From positions 1,324 to 33,323 of the forward strand of contig MTSL01000143.1 in NCBI GenBank assembly GCA_002794465.1: a DNA stretch of 32,000 nt, written 5' to 3'. Below are positions 1-10,204 of this stretch, in pieces. The first letter of the stretch is position 1, and each line of letters starts with the position of its first letter. The notes beneath the pieces are model-generated. The model saw only the letters and a list, made by a program, of their open reading frames with translations. It was not told where the DNA came from and did no database searches. A program made the translations under genes and the position numbers. The stretch is from Paramicrosporidium saccamoebae KSL3. Its lineage: Eukaryota; Fungi; Cryptomycota.

Positions 1-1
1 T

Positions 2-267
2 GGCTTAACTCCCGCGGTAACCGACATATCGCTATATCAAAATCGTGTTGTGGATCTCCGGAATTTTCTGAAACGAGAGGACATCCAGTTGAGTGGATAT
101 CAGTTTTATAGAACTTGCTGGACCAAAAAGGTGTCACAATTTTACAAAAGCCTGGGTAAGATTTACAAGTACCATTTTACTTTACACATGTAGAACTGAC
201 CGAGCCCGTGTTTGGAGACATTTTGCCTCTAAGAGTACCACCAAAGTACAAATATAGCAACGCATGA
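2..267 (+). CDS. 3' end of a gene truncated by the window edge; probable mitochondrial ribosomal protein mL38 (PEBP-like) C-terminus
   Basis: Open frame from position 2, intron 156-193 (GTAAG..TAG, 38 nt), stop TGA 265-267. Peptide ...YQFYRTCWTKKVSQFYKSLELTEPVFGDILPLRVPPKYKY resembles my recollection of the MRPL38 C-terminal FFQCRWDDSV...MREPVFEF segment. Not in the ORF track. Confidence 0.5.
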
Positions 268-292
268 GGAATTATACATCTTACACTAAAAT

Positions 293-659
293 TTATACAT
301 CTCGCTGCCTATGGATAGACACGTCATACAATCGAATTCCACACATGGCACAGATTCCCTTGTTGTATGCGCAATTTTGGCAATAATGTGCCTTTGCATG
401 GGGCAGCCGGGCACCACATAGTTTGCAGCTGTTAGAGTACTGTTGTAGTCTATAGATAATACTAAGATCACAAAAGTTGCCTTTACCCTGCTGGCGGTCG
501 CTTCAAAAGCAGCTTGTTCCCACCTATTTGAGGAGGCTTCGGATTAACTGAATGCCCTGAATTGTCCCGCCATGCTTCTGGTGTGGCTAATCGGTCGAGA
601 TTTTTTTGGCCTGACCGGTGAGCATTCAAAAAGAGAGCCTTACACTTTTCACAGACCAT
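293..659 (-). CDS. CRIPT: CRIPT (cysteine-rich PDZ-binding protein), 98 aa, 3 exons
   Basis: Exons 659-644, 610-487, 449-293; introns 33 and 37 nt. Product MVCEKCQKNLDRLATPEAWRD...CKLCGARLPHAKAHYCQNCAYNKGICAMCG carries the family MVCEKC start and HYCQxCAYxKGICAMCG motif. Confidence 0.93.
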
Positions 660-779
660 TATATCCCTTAATGCTTTACTGGGGCTGGCCAGGCAGCGGC
701 CAAAGTCTTGGGCGATTTTTATTGGACGGTGGAGAAAACATTTTCTTGTTGGTGACACGTCGACCAGAGTATCACTTGT

Positions 780-3700
780 ATGAACACGATCGCTACAGAA
801 GAAGCTGGGCTGCACAAGGGATTACGGGATTCTAACAAAGTAGGAATATGCCAGAGCAAGCACAGCTTCCTATCACGAACACTGTATTGGTGGGTTGGTC
901 GATTCGTGATACAAGCTAGACCCTGCACGAATATTTGTGAGAGTGATCTTCCACCTCTGCATGTATCTCTAGACGCCGGCGAAGTGACCCGAGAGTATCA
1001 GGACTGTTGGATTCAGCGTTCTAAGGATTTGACCGAGAATGAAAATGGTCTATTAAAGTTTCTACTGTCTCGCAACAAGAGCGCTTTGAGCCATGCGTTT
1101 CTGTATGAGTGTCTTGCAGAATTATGCAGCCAAGCACTGCCAGTTTTTATTTCGCAGTTTCTCGAGGTGTTGGATCAGATAAACGGACAGCTGGCTACGA
1201 CTGAGAGCCAACAGGATCTGCACTATCGCGGCATATGGCTCTCTGGGCTGATGCTTTTGAGCTTTGTTTCGTTTGGTATCCTTTCTTGCCGCAACATTTG
1301 GATAACTTACAAAGCTGGTCTTCGAACAAAGATTGGATTATCGGGGCTCATTTTTGAAAAGACAACGACCATCTCTGCTTCTGCTCGGCAGAAGTTTTCC
1401 CTTGGAAAGACAATCTCGCTATTATCGACAAGCGTAAATCAGATTGATGCCGTGTATCCATTTGTACATTGCCTATTCTACTCGCCACTTATTATGGCGA
1501 CTTTGATTTTCATGTTGTATTGGACCCTTGGAAGCCCGGCATGGTGGATCCTGCTGTTAATGATCGTGGCCATCCCTTTGCAGGCTCTTTTAGTGTATAA
1601 GATGGGCCAGAAACGAAACAACATTGCAGTGCTGACAGACAAACGAATCAAGTTTTTGCAGGAAATAATTGTTGGTATCAAGGTTATTAAACTCTCAGCA
1701 TGGGAGCCCATTTTCATGGACAAGCTGATGCAGCTACGCGACGCTGAGGCTCGGGAGAGGAGAGAATTTCAGATCCTCAGCAGCCTCTCAGTTGGTCTTA
1801 ACGTCACAGTCCCATGCGTAGCGGCAGCGATTGGATTCATCATGTATTCCTGGAATGGACGCCCCTTCCAAGCTTCTATCATTTTTCCTGCTTTGACGTA
1901 CATCAACATGCTTGATTTGCCGATGGCCAGCATTTCGATGACGACATCCTTGTCCATAGATGCCATTGAATCAGTGCAGCGCATCCAAGAATTTTTGCGA
2001 GCCCCAAACAGAGCGCGTCATCCCCAAAGCGTAGTAGATTCTAAAGCAGCAATTATTATTGAGAATGGAAACTTTAAGTGGAGTAATGAATCGGAAGTGG
2101 AGCCTGAGGAAATTCTCAGTTGTGAGCCCTTGAGTAACATTGAGCAGATTGTTGCCCACAGAGTTATTGCCATTTCTCCTTCCACCGTTTATGACGTGCC
2201 AGAGCAAACTTGGCAAAAGCCTGAGAATGAAACATTTTCAGGACTGAGTGGCATAAACATTAACCTTTCAAAAGGCGCCTTAGTGGCCATTGTTGGGCCG
2301 ATCGGCAGTGGCAAATCGTCACTATTGGCGTCTTTGTTTGGGGAGATGAAGCAATTTTCTGGGAGGCTTTTACTCGGAGGCACTATAGGGTATTGCCCCC
2401 AGCAAGCATGGATTTTGAATGCGACTGTGCGACAAAACATTTTGGTCGGGTCGCCATTTGACAAAGATCGGTATTGGAAAGTAATTAAAGAGTGCCAAAT
2501 GGACGAAGATTTGGCGATGCTGCCTCACGGAGATATGACAGATATTGGAGAGGGAGGCTTTGGCTTAAGTGGCGGGCAGAAGGCACGTCTGAACTTGGCC
2601 CGGATGGTTTACCTGGATCGTGACATTGCCTTGATGGACGATCCGTTATCTGCAGTTGATAATCGAGTGGGGAAGGCTCTTTTTGAAAGTTGTATTTTAA
2701 ATGGAAGTCTGTCACAGAAGACACGATTACTGGTAACACATCATTTGGGAGTCTTGCAACGATGCGACCATATTATTGTCATGCGTCATGGAAATATTAC
2801 GGATCAAGGATCGTTCTCAGAGTTGATGGGAAAGGCATCTTCATTCGCCGAACTCGTCGAAAAATACCGAGTCCAGCACATTTCTCATCCCGAAATTGGG
2901 GAAGAGCACCTAATTATTGACGAAATTACCCACACTGACATGGAAACATTGAACAATAAGGAGAGTAGAGGGGCCGAGTGTGTTGACCTGAAGCAAGAAA
3001 GACCGAAGAAGCTTCAGGTCACGTCAGTGTCAGCCAAAACATTTATTACTTATATCAGGTCGGCGGGAGGATTTTGGATAGTTTTGGTGGCAGTTATGGT
3101 TATGATTTTGGCAGAATCAATCAGAACAGGGAGGGATATTTGGCTTAATTGGTGGATCGAAGATGCAGGTATCCCTGGGTTCAATATTGGGATAGCCGGA
3201 TTTCAGATTGGGTATGCATCTCTTGCCATGCTTCAGCCGCTGGTTACCTGGGTTGCTGGGGTGGTCTTTCTGCTTGCCGGCTACCGAGCCTCCACAAATC
3301 TTCATAATAATGCATTGGCAAAAATGATTTACTCTCCGTTAAGGTTCTTCGAATCAACGCCAGTCGGACGAATTATTAATAGATTCGGCAATGATCTCGA
3401 GCTTGTGGATGGACGTGTTTGGGAAGACTCATGGTATACTATATATGGGGTTTTTTCCATGCTGGCTGTGCTTCTGGTAATGATGGTGTGGTCTCCATGG
3501 GCAGCACCTGCTGTGTTTGTGATTCTGGGAGTGGCAGCTATGCTCCAGTCAGTGTACCGATCTATCGCGCAGCAGCTACAAAAGCTCCAAGCACAGGGTA
3601 CCTCCTCAGTAATGTCCAATTTCAGCGAAATGTTCCCAGGGCTTCCAGCCATCCATGCTCTAAACATCATGGGATTCTTCAGACGTAGGCATTTCCAAGC

Positions 3701-4748
3701 CATCAATAGGACAAGTCAGTCGACTTTCATGACCATTGGCCTTCGTCGATGGATGTCACTGTGTTGCCAGATGATCGGCGCTGTCATGTTTACAGCCACT
3801 GCGCTGGTGTGCTTGTGGCTTCGGCTATATTCGGGGGCGGCTGGACTTGTCCTTAGCTCGCTCCTCAATTTCATTTACACTGTCGACTGGATCATAAAGC
3901 AATTTGCTGACATTGAAGTTAGTCTTCTTGCTGCGGAGCGATTGGAACAGTATTCTCGAGATTTAGAAGTTGAAGAGCGAGACTCAAACTCGATAGAGCT
4001 CAGCCCTGAATGGCCATCCCAAGGATCAATCGAATTTCAGAATGTTTTTCTCTCCTATTCTGCCGATTCTCCCCCAATTCTGAAAAACCTCTGCCTGAAA
4101 ATTAATCCACGAGAGAAGGTTGGGATTGTCGGCAGGACTGGAGCGGGAAAGTCGTCCATTTTAACTGCTCTTATGCGAGTGGTTGAATGCAGCAGCGGTT
4201 CAATCTGTATCGACGGTATCAATATCCGCAACGTACCCCTTACAGAGCTGCGCAAGAGAATCACCATCGTTCCCCAGGAGCCAGTTTTGTTTGCTGGAAC
4301 TCTACGCTTCAATCTTGATCCGACCGGCGCGGCCTCAGACGACGAATTGTGGAGTGCGCTGGAAAATGTTGGGCTAAAGGCATCCATTAGTTGTCTGCCG
4401 GGAAAGCTTGAATATGAGGTCCTTGATATGGGCGAGAATTTCTCAGTTGGCCAGCGCCAGCTCTTGTGTCTAGCACGTGCATTGCTCCGTCGTTCGCAAA
4501 TTATACTCCTTGATGAGGCCACGTCTAACATGGATCTGGAGACTGATGCCATGATTCAATACGCGATCCGAACCCACTTCTCTGACAAAACGACGGTGAC
4601 CATTGCTCATAGACTCGGGACAATTCGTGATTGTGACAAGGTTGTAGTTATGGACGCGGGAATGATAGTAGAATGTGGCAGCTCGCAGGATCTCTTCAAC
4701 AATCCCAAAAGCCATCTGTTTAAATTGTCCAAAATAAGTATCCAATAG
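780..4748 (+). CDS. ABCC/MRP-family full ABC transporter (TMD1-NBD1-TMD2-NBD2, no TMD0), 1322 aa, intronless
   Basis: NBD1: GPIGSGKSS, LSGGQ, LMDDPLSAVD. NBD2: GRTGAGKSS, FSVGQRQ, LLDEATS, IAHR. FFESTPVGRIINRF is in TMD2. The NBD asymmetry is typical of ABCC. Confidence 0.95.
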   Translation: MNTIATEEAGLHKGLRDSNKVGICQSKHSFLSRTLYWWVGRFVIQARPCTNICESDLPPLHVSLDAGEVTREYQDCWIQRSKDLTENENGLLKFLLSRNKSALSHAFLYECLAELCSQALPVFISQFLEVLDQINGQLATTESQQDLHYRGIWLSGLMLLSFVSFGILSCRNIWITYKAGLRTKIGLSGLIFEKTTTISASARQKFSLGKTISLLSTSVNQIDAVYPFVHCLFYSPLIMATLIFMLYWTLGSPAWWILLLMIVAIPLQALLVYKMGQKRNNIAVLTDKRIKFLQEIIVGIKVIKLSAWEPIFMDKLMQLRDAEARERREFQILSSLSVGLNVTVPCVAAAIGFIMYSWNGRPFQASIIFPALTYINMLDLPMASISMTTSLSIDAIESVQRIQEFLRAPNRARHPQSVVDSKAAIIIENGNFKWSNESEVEPEEILSCEPLSNIEQIVAHRVIAISPSTVYDVPEQTWQKPENETFSGLSGININLSKGALVAIVGPIGSGKSSLLASLFGEMKQFSGRLLLGGTIGYCPQQAWILNATVRQNILVGSPFDKDRYWKVIKECQMDEDLAMLPHGDMTDIGEGGFGLSGGQKARLNLARMVYLDRDIALMDDPLSAVDNRVGKALFESCILNGSLSQKTRLLVTHHLGVLQRCDHIIVMRHGNITDQGSFSELMGKASSFAELVEKYRVQHISHPEIGEEHLIIDEITHTDMETLNNKESRGAECVDLKQERPKKLQVTSVSAKTFITYIRSAGGFWIVLVAVMVMILAESIRTGRDIWLNWWIEDAGIPGFNIGIAGFQIGYASLAMLQPLVTWVAGVVFLLAGYRASTNLHNNALAKMIYSPLRFFESTPVGRIINRFGNDLELVDGRVWEDSWYTIYGVFSMLAVLLVMMVWSPWAAPAVFVILGVAAMLQSVYRSIAQQLQKLQAQGTSSVMSNFSEMFPGLPAIHALNIMGFFRRRHFQAINRTSQSTFMTIGLRRWMSLCCQMIGAVMFTATALVCLWLRLYSGAAGLVLSSLLNFIYTVDWIIKQFADIEVSLLAAERLEQYSRDLEVEERDSNSIELSPEWPSQGSIEFQNVFLSYSADSPPILKNLCLKINPREKVGIVGRTGAGKSSILTALMRVVECSSGSICIDGINIRNVPLTELRKRITIVPQEPVLFAGTLRFNLDPTGAASDDELWSALENVGLKASISCLPGKLEYEVLDMGENFSVGQRQLLCLARALLRRSQIILLDEATSNMDLETDAMIQYAIRTHFSDKTTVTIAHRLGTIRDCDKVVVMDAGMIVECGSSQDLFNNPKSHLFKLSKISIQ

Positions 4749-4818
4749 AAATATACATTAACTTGGTGACCTGTGAAGGCTTTGTCGACCGTCGTGTGGC
4801 AGGGGTACACACATTACC

Positions 4819-5127
4819 ATGGCCGGAGGAGTAGGGTCTCGTTGTATTTCTCATTGTTTTCCGTAGACTGTTGCTATTAATCCAAAGCCCTTTTTGTATG
4901 AGTTAACGGGGAAGCCTGTTATTGTTCGCCTGAAATGGGGCATGGAGTACCGTGGAGTTCTAGCCTCCGTGGACTCTTATATGAATCTGCAGTTGGCTGC
5001 CTGTGAGGAATATTTTGATGGCGAGCGTGCTGGTGAGCTCGGAGATGTGATTATCAGGTATTATTGGCGTCGTTTGTCATCTGAACTGTCTAGGTGTAAT
5101 AATGTCATGTTTATCAAAGGTGCATAG
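4819..5127 (+). CDS. SNRPF: Small nuclear ribonucleoprotein SmF, 78 aa, 3 exons
   Basis: Exons 4819-4830, 4867-5057, 5094-5127; two 36-nt introns. Product contains [35 protein letters not shown]...IRCNNV. Confidence 0.95.
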
Positions 5128-5190
5128 AATAAGTTGTTGATTAAATTATCTGTTCAGTCTCTGTGTAGAACAATAAGGTGTAGGTTAATT

Positions 5191-5224
5191 GAGATAGGTG
5201 AGATGGGTGAGATGGGTGAGAGGG
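5191..5224 (+). repeat. Short tandem repeat, 9-bp unit GAGATGGGT, about 3.5 copies
   Basis: gagataggt gagatgggt gagatgggt gagaggg read directly from the sequence. Confidence 0.8.
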
Positions 5225-5246
5225 TATATTTGCGGGTCAAAACCCC

Positions 5247-5420
5247 AATAAAGAGTATGTTGATGGATGAGCTCGATTTTATTAAAGTATTTATATGGCT
5301 TCTTTATAGACAACAGCCCTTCTTAGTATATGCAGACTGGACTGTGGGACCGCTATCTGGGTCAGACTCATCAACAATAAGTAGATGCTATTTAACAGTC
5401 TTTACTGTCAACCTCGTAAT
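5247..5420 (+). repeat. Dispersed intergenic repeat family, copy A
   Basis: Shares exact TTTTATTAAAGTATTT (16 nt), GGCTTCTTTATAG (13 nt) and CAACAATAAGT (11 nt) with copy B2, in the same order. Confidence 0.85.
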
Positions 5421-5495
5421 ATTTATGGATCGAGACTAAAGGGTCTCTACTATAACACCGCTCACCATATATTAATGTGGGACTGAAAGATCAGT

Positions 5496-6458
5496 CTAAT
5501 CAAAGTTTAAAGGAAACAGCCGTTGGATAAGCTCGTAGGAAACCAAGGTAAAGCCAAATTGTGGGGAAGAACGAAGGACACGCGCCACGCCTCCTTTGAA
5601 GAATGCCGCCACCCCCTCCTCACGCAGAATCTTTGAAAATGCATCCGGAATTCCATGGTAGGTCTGCTGGCCTGCACGGGCAACGACTTGGAGCCTTGTT
5701 TTGATGACGTCGGCTGGAGTGGCCAGATACGCAGCGGGCATACCTGCAATAGCGCCGGCAGCCAGCAACTCGAGGGGGGCCAGCTTTTTTCCATCTCGGC
5801 CTTCGTGAAATACGTCTATTTTGAGATGTGAATACGCAGTAAAGTAGATTGCCGAGAATGGGATGTCTCTTAGGAGACAAGCACCGGCGCCCTTATACAG
5901 ACCACGAATGCCAAGCTCACGACAGATGCTAATGGCGCTTTCTCGCGCGGCTCCAGTTAATCTGGCAGCCTCGCCTTGCACCTGTAGCCGAATCTTGACA
6001 ATCTCCAGTGGATTTGTAAAGATGACTTGCGACATTCCTGCAAATCCGCCCGATATGCACTCAGCCGGGACTGATAGTTTCCCATTCTTGTCACGCAGCG
6101 AGGAGCGCATCAAATCATTCATTGTCAACTTGATGGCCTTCTCGGGTGCCACTCCGACCAATTGGGGCAGTAATCCGCGATATAATCCAAGAACGCCCTC
6201 ATTTCTAATCACTTTGCGAAAGCAGTCCCAGCTGTGCGCGTACAGGATTTCGCTTGCTGCTACTTTTCGCTGGTTCTGCATTCGGGTTTTTACCAGGTCA
6301 ATTGGATACACAAAGGTTGCTCCGATGGCGCCGGCGACAGACCCGATAGAGAAGTGATAGATTGACTTTAGTGTCTGCTGACCAGCGGAGAGCGGGTGGG
6401 TGGGTATATTTGTAGTAGACTTTACCATGGCTGGCGGTCCCGCAATTCCGGAACTCAT
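5496..6458 (-). CDS. AGC1: Mitochondrial aspartate/glutamate carrier (SLC25A12/13, Agc1 type), carrier domain only, 320 aa
   Basis: Three carrier signatures [20 protein letters not shown] and [10 protein letters not shown]; AGC-type [20 protein letters not shown] and RSSPQFG. Confidence 0.88.
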   Translation of the reverse strand: MSSGIAGPPAMVKSTTNIPTHPLSAGQQTLKSIYHFSIGSVAGAIGATFVYPIDLVKTRMQNQRKVAASEILYAHSWDCFRKVIRNEGVLGLYRGLLPQLVGVAPEKAIKLTMNDLMRSSLRDKNGKLSVPAECISGGFAGMSQVIFTNPLEIVKIRLQVQGEAARLTGAARESAISICRELGIRGLYKGAGACLLRDIPFSAIYFTAYSHLKIDVFHEGRDGKKLAPLELLAAGAIAGMPAAYLATPADVIKTRLQVVARAGQQTYHGIPDAFSKILREEGVAAFFKGGVARVLRSSPQFGFTLVSYELIQRLFPLNFD

Positions 6459-6667
6459 AATAACTGCACTTTAGAGCCGGGGATGGAAGGACCATTGCCA
6501 TATGGGATAAAGTCTCATCCTGTTGATGCGCGAATTAATTCATCCCTTAAACGCGAATTGTGTCACTACGTATCAACAGGTCTTGTCGATCACAATAATG
6601 TTCTCCTAGAAATAAGATTTATTGAGATTGCCTTTCAAGAGCAGTCTTTACATTGTTATTAAAGATA

Positions 6668-8002
6668 TTAAGCGGACATCTCCATGCTCTCATCATAGAC
6701 ACCCTCATCTTCGGCAGTGGCCTCCTGGTACTGCTGATACTCTGAGACGAGATCATTCATGTTGGACTCGGCTTCCGTGAATTCCATCTCATCCATACCC
6801 TCACCAATGTACCAATGAAGATAGGCCTTGCGACGGAACATGGCGGAGAATTGATCAGACACACGCTTGAACAACTCTTGGATGGCAGTGGAGTTGCCAA
6901 TAAACGTGGCGGACATCTTGAATCCCTTGGGGGGAATATCACAAACCGCCGTCTTAACGTTGCTGGGGATCCAGTCCACAAAGTACGAGCTGTTCTTTTG
7001 TTGCATGGCCAACATCTGCTCATCAACTTCCTTCATTGACACGCGGCCTCGGAAGATGGTCGAGACGGCCAAATACCTGCCATGACGAGGATCACTGGCA
7101 GCCATCATGTTCTTTGAGTCAAAGAGCTGCTGGGTGAGCTCAGCAACAGTGGACGCACGATATGAAGCAGATCCACGGGGGGTCAATGGGGCAAAGCCAG
7201 CCATGAAAAAGTGGAGACGAGGGAAGGGAACCATGTTCACGGCAAGCTTGCGAAGGTCAGCGTTGAGTTGACCGGGGAAACGCAGGCAAGTAGTCACACC
7301 AGACATGACGGCAGAGACCAAATGATTGAGGTCCCCATAGCCTGGGTTGTTAAGCTTCAGAGTCCTGAAGCAAATGTCGTAGAGAGCCTCGTTATCAATG
7401 CAGAAGGTGCTGTCCGAGTTTTCAACCAGCTGATGGACCGAGAGGGTCGCATTGTAGGGCTCAACTACAGTGTCGGAGACCTTGGGAGAAGGCACAACGG
7501 AAAAGGTGCACATCATGCGATCAGGGAATTCTTCGCGAATCTTGGAAATGAGAAGAGTTCCCATACCAGCACCAGTACCACCTCCCAAAGAGTGGGTAAT
7601 CTGGAAACCTTGAAGACACTCGCAGTTCTCGGCTTCCTTGCGGACAACATCGAGGACAGAGTCAACGAGTTCGGCTCCCTCGGTGTAATGTCCCTTAGCC
7701 CAGTTATTTCCGGCTCCATTCTGTCCAAAAACAAAGTTATCAGGGCGGAAGAGAGTTCCGTATGGACCAGCGCGGACGGCATCCATGGTGCCGGGTTCCA
7801 GATCGACAAGTACAGCACGTGGCACATACTTTCCAGAGGCTGCCTCATTAAAATAGACATTAATGCGCTCCAATTGATTAGGTGAGTCTCCGTTGTAGAC
7901 ACCACTTGGGTCGATTCCGTGCTCATCAGCAATTACTTCCCAGAACTTGGCACCAATTTGGTTACCGCATTGTCCAGTTTGTAGATGAACGATTTCACGC
8001 AT
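6668..8002 (-). CDS. TUB2: Beta-tubulin, 444 aa, intronless
   Basis: MREI start, [24 protein letters not shown]-binding loop, PFPRLHFF; fungal-like DAVRAGP and [11 protein letters not shown]. Confidence 0.99.
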   Translation of the reverse strand: MREIVHLQTGQCGNQIGAKFWEVIADEHGIDPSGVYNGDSPNQLERINVYFNEAASGKYVPRAVLVDLEPGTMDAVRAGPYGTLFRPDNFVFGQNGAGNNWAKGHYTEGAELVDSVLDVVRKEAENCECLQGFQITHSLGGGTGAGMGTLLISKIREEFPDRMMCTFSVVPSPKVSDTVVEPYNATLSVHQLVENSDSTFCIDNEALYDICFRTLKLNNPGYGDLNHLVSAVMSGVTTCLRFPGQLNADLRKLAVNMVPFPRLHFFMAGFAPLTPRGSASYRASTVAELTQQLFDSKNMMAASDPRHGRYLAVSTIFRGRVSMKEVDEQMLAMQQKNSSYFVDWIPSNVKTAVCDIPPKGFKMSATFIGNSTAIQELFKRVSDQFSAMFRRKAYLHWYIGEGMDEMEFTEAESNMNDLVSEYQQYQEATAEDEGVYDESMEMSA

Positions 8003-8286
8003 ATCTGCAAAGGATTAGTACGCCAAATTAAGTCTACTGCTGCTGCTGGTAGAGTGGTCACAAGCCCGTTGAGAGAGTTAACCCGCGCAATTTATAGGTT
8101 GCCAGGGCGCGCATTTCCCCGCCAGAACCTGTCCACCAATCGAAGAAAGTCTCCAATTAAATATTTAATGTGCAGATATGAGAGTATGAAAATGGGTCAA
8201 AATTTCACTAAAAGAGTACTAAAACGGTTGCGAGAGCCCCAACAAAAGAGTCGGTTAAATAGAGATAGATGATATGATATGGTCAG

Positions 8287-8600
8287 TAAAGTATTTGGCA
8301 TCATTATAGGCCACCACCCTCAATATGACCGGAATGGATTTTAAGATCGCTATCTGGATTGTTACCACCAATCATGAGCGGATACTTTTAAGAGAGTCTT
8401 TAGCCCAACCTCGGTAAAAGAATCTGTTGATGAGTGAGCTTTGTTTTATTAAAGTATTTGGCTTCTTTATAGGTAGCCATTCTTAATATAACCAAACTGG
8501 CCTGCGAGACCGCTACCTGGGTCGGACCCACCAACAATAAGTGGATGCTGTTTAACAAAATCTTTACTCCAGTCTCAGTAAAAGAGTTTCTACTCCCACC
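8287..8600 (+). repeat. Dispersed repeat family, tandem copies B1 (8287-8416) and B2 (8417-8600)
   Basis: TAAAGTATTTGGC occurs at 8287 and 8450 (163-bp spacing). Both copies continue with TTATAGG, CAATAT/TAATAT, CGCTA, GGATRCT and TC.GTAAAAGA blocks. Confidence 0.85.
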
Positions 8601-8679
8601 TTAACAGAATTCTTACTCCAGCCTCAGTAAAAGAGTTTCTATTCCCACCGTAATAACAGAACCTTTACTCCCAACCTCA
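8552..8679 (+). repeat. 49-bp tandem repeat, about 2.5 copies, derived from the 3' end of copy B2
   Basis: TTAACAAAATCTTTACTCCAGTCTCAGTAAAAGAGTTTCTACTCCCACC at 8552 recurs at 8601 with a few substitutions and partially at 8654. Confidence 0.9.
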
Positions 8680-8690
8680 AATGTACAAAA

Positions 8691-9391
8691 TTATAACAAA
8701 TCTGGATTTAAATCTAATTCCAACAACGAAAGATCCATGTCATGGTCCTGTGCGACTCTTGATTGTCGGCGTGCCCCGTCTTTGGTGGTAGGTGCATCGC
8801 GACTGACATCTTCCACAACACCAACATTAATGACCTGGAAGAGCCTACTTGATCTCATTAGATCTTCGGTAGGATATGGAGGACGATGGAGGACAAGTGG
8901 TTGGTCTTGTTGCCATCCCTCGGGCGGGCCAACTGTCAATGACACTCGTTCAGCCAGAGCCAGAATGGTGGGCATATCAAATCCGTCTGTCTCAATGTGT
9001 TGAAGCATTTCTAGCTTTGCTTGCTCCTCCTTTACTTTGGCCTTGGCAGACACGATTGCTGCAAATGCCTGGTCAATCAAGGCTGATATTTCCTTCTTCC
9101 TATTCGACAGCTCTATGTGGAGCTGATGCATCTTTTCCAAATGATTCCGTTGCTCGTTTACTACCAAAATTATCCATCCTTGCTATTATGAATACCTTTG
9201 CGAAAAGCATCTTGCAATTCCTTGTCCACGGCAAACACTGGGTCCAATTTGCTCAAGAGGTCAGCCTGCGACTCGCCGTCACTCGGGTTGGCCGTGCGAA
9301 TATGCTGCATAAACGTCTTTAGTTCGCTCCTAAAGCGCGTAAGCACCGCTTCCACTTGCCGTTGCAACGACAACTGTTCATCGTTGGACAT
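8691..9391 (-). CDS. MED4: Mediator subunit MED4, 221 aa, 2 exons
   Basis: Exons 9391-9196 and 9160-8691; 35-nt intron. N-terminal coiled coil followed by LALAERVS...PPEGW...RPPYPTEDLMRSSRL, the Med4 C-terminal motif. Confidence 0.85.
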
Positions 9392-9412
9392 GCTCCAGGG
9401 TAGTCTGCGTCA

Positions 9413-9748
9413 ATGGCTTCCATGGCGAAGAAGCACAAGCTGTCGGAAGATGTGATTAGCGATAGCGACACTGAGGAGAACCCAAAAGAGACACCCACTC
9501 CCACATCCATGGATAGTTTTCAGAGGAACAGCGATGGCGAAATATACTTTGAATTAACTAGTCGTCGTCGTGTCACTGTCCGCCGATGGAAGACTAGCAC
9601 TCTGATTGACATTCGCGAATTTTGGGGCGACGACGGGGATCTAAAGCCGGGCAAAAAGGGCATTTCTCTGACTCTTGATCAATGGAAGCAGCTACTCAAA
9701 TGGACTCCCGAAATTGAAGCTTCGATCGCGAAACTTGACTCTAGTTAA
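9413..9748 (+). CDS. SUB1: Transcriptional coactivator PC4/Sub1, 111 aa (start could be 9422)
   Basis: RRVTVRRWKTSTLIDIREFW...LKPGKKGISLTLDQW matches the PC4 ssDNA-binding domain. Confidence 0.93.
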   Translation: MASMAKKHKLSEDVISDSDTEENPKETPTPTSMDSFQRNSDGEIYFELTSRRRVTVRRWKTSTLIDIREFWGDDGDLKPGKKGISLTLDQWKQLLKWTPEIEASIAKLDSS

Positions 9749-10204
9749 TTTTGAAAATAAAACTGTAGAAAAGTACTGCATGGTGAACGATGAACAGGTG
9801 CAAATGGGATTTTTCATTAGTCACTGGCACTGCCTATATAGCCGTGGTAGACGTGGTAGACGTGTGATGTAAATGATTGATTAGTTGGGTATTTGAAGGT
9901 AATTTCCTAGTTTGGAGAAGAAATACATGCGTGATAGAGTAGATCAATTAGCCGTGTGGTAGAGTGGATCGTTTAGCTAGGCATTTTAGGACTATTCCCA
10001 CGCCTCTTGGGAGATCACCAAAGGGCCTATAAATTTATAATAAGAGCCCCCTTGCCTCCCAAATAAAGAGCAGTGATTTACCCACCAAGTGACAAGTGCT
10101 GGCTATTCATCGGTGGCAGATTTTTCTGTTAGATGGTGTATTGTAGATACGTCATACATCAGTCGCCTACATATTGCAAGGTGGTGAATTGTACCGGGGC
10201 GAGC

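Noticed and set aside
778-843. GTATGA...CTAAC...TAG 66-nt intron candidate at the ABCC start
   Set aside because: Splicing removes the ATG and creates an in-frame TGA; the length is also atypical for this genome.
5134-5439. 101-aa ORF downstream of SmF
   Set aside because: It starts at a TTG codon, runs through a microsatellite and repeat copy A, and the frame is not preserved in other copies.
7211-7885. Long antisense ORFs over tubulin, and likewise 28274-28777 and 28542-29216 over NSR1
   Set aside because: They are shadows of strong codon bias and low complexity in highly expressed genes.
9960-10130. Possible further inverted copy of the dispersed repeat (TTTATAGGCC on the minus strand)
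   Set aside because: Only one short block matches and colinearity could not be shown by eye.
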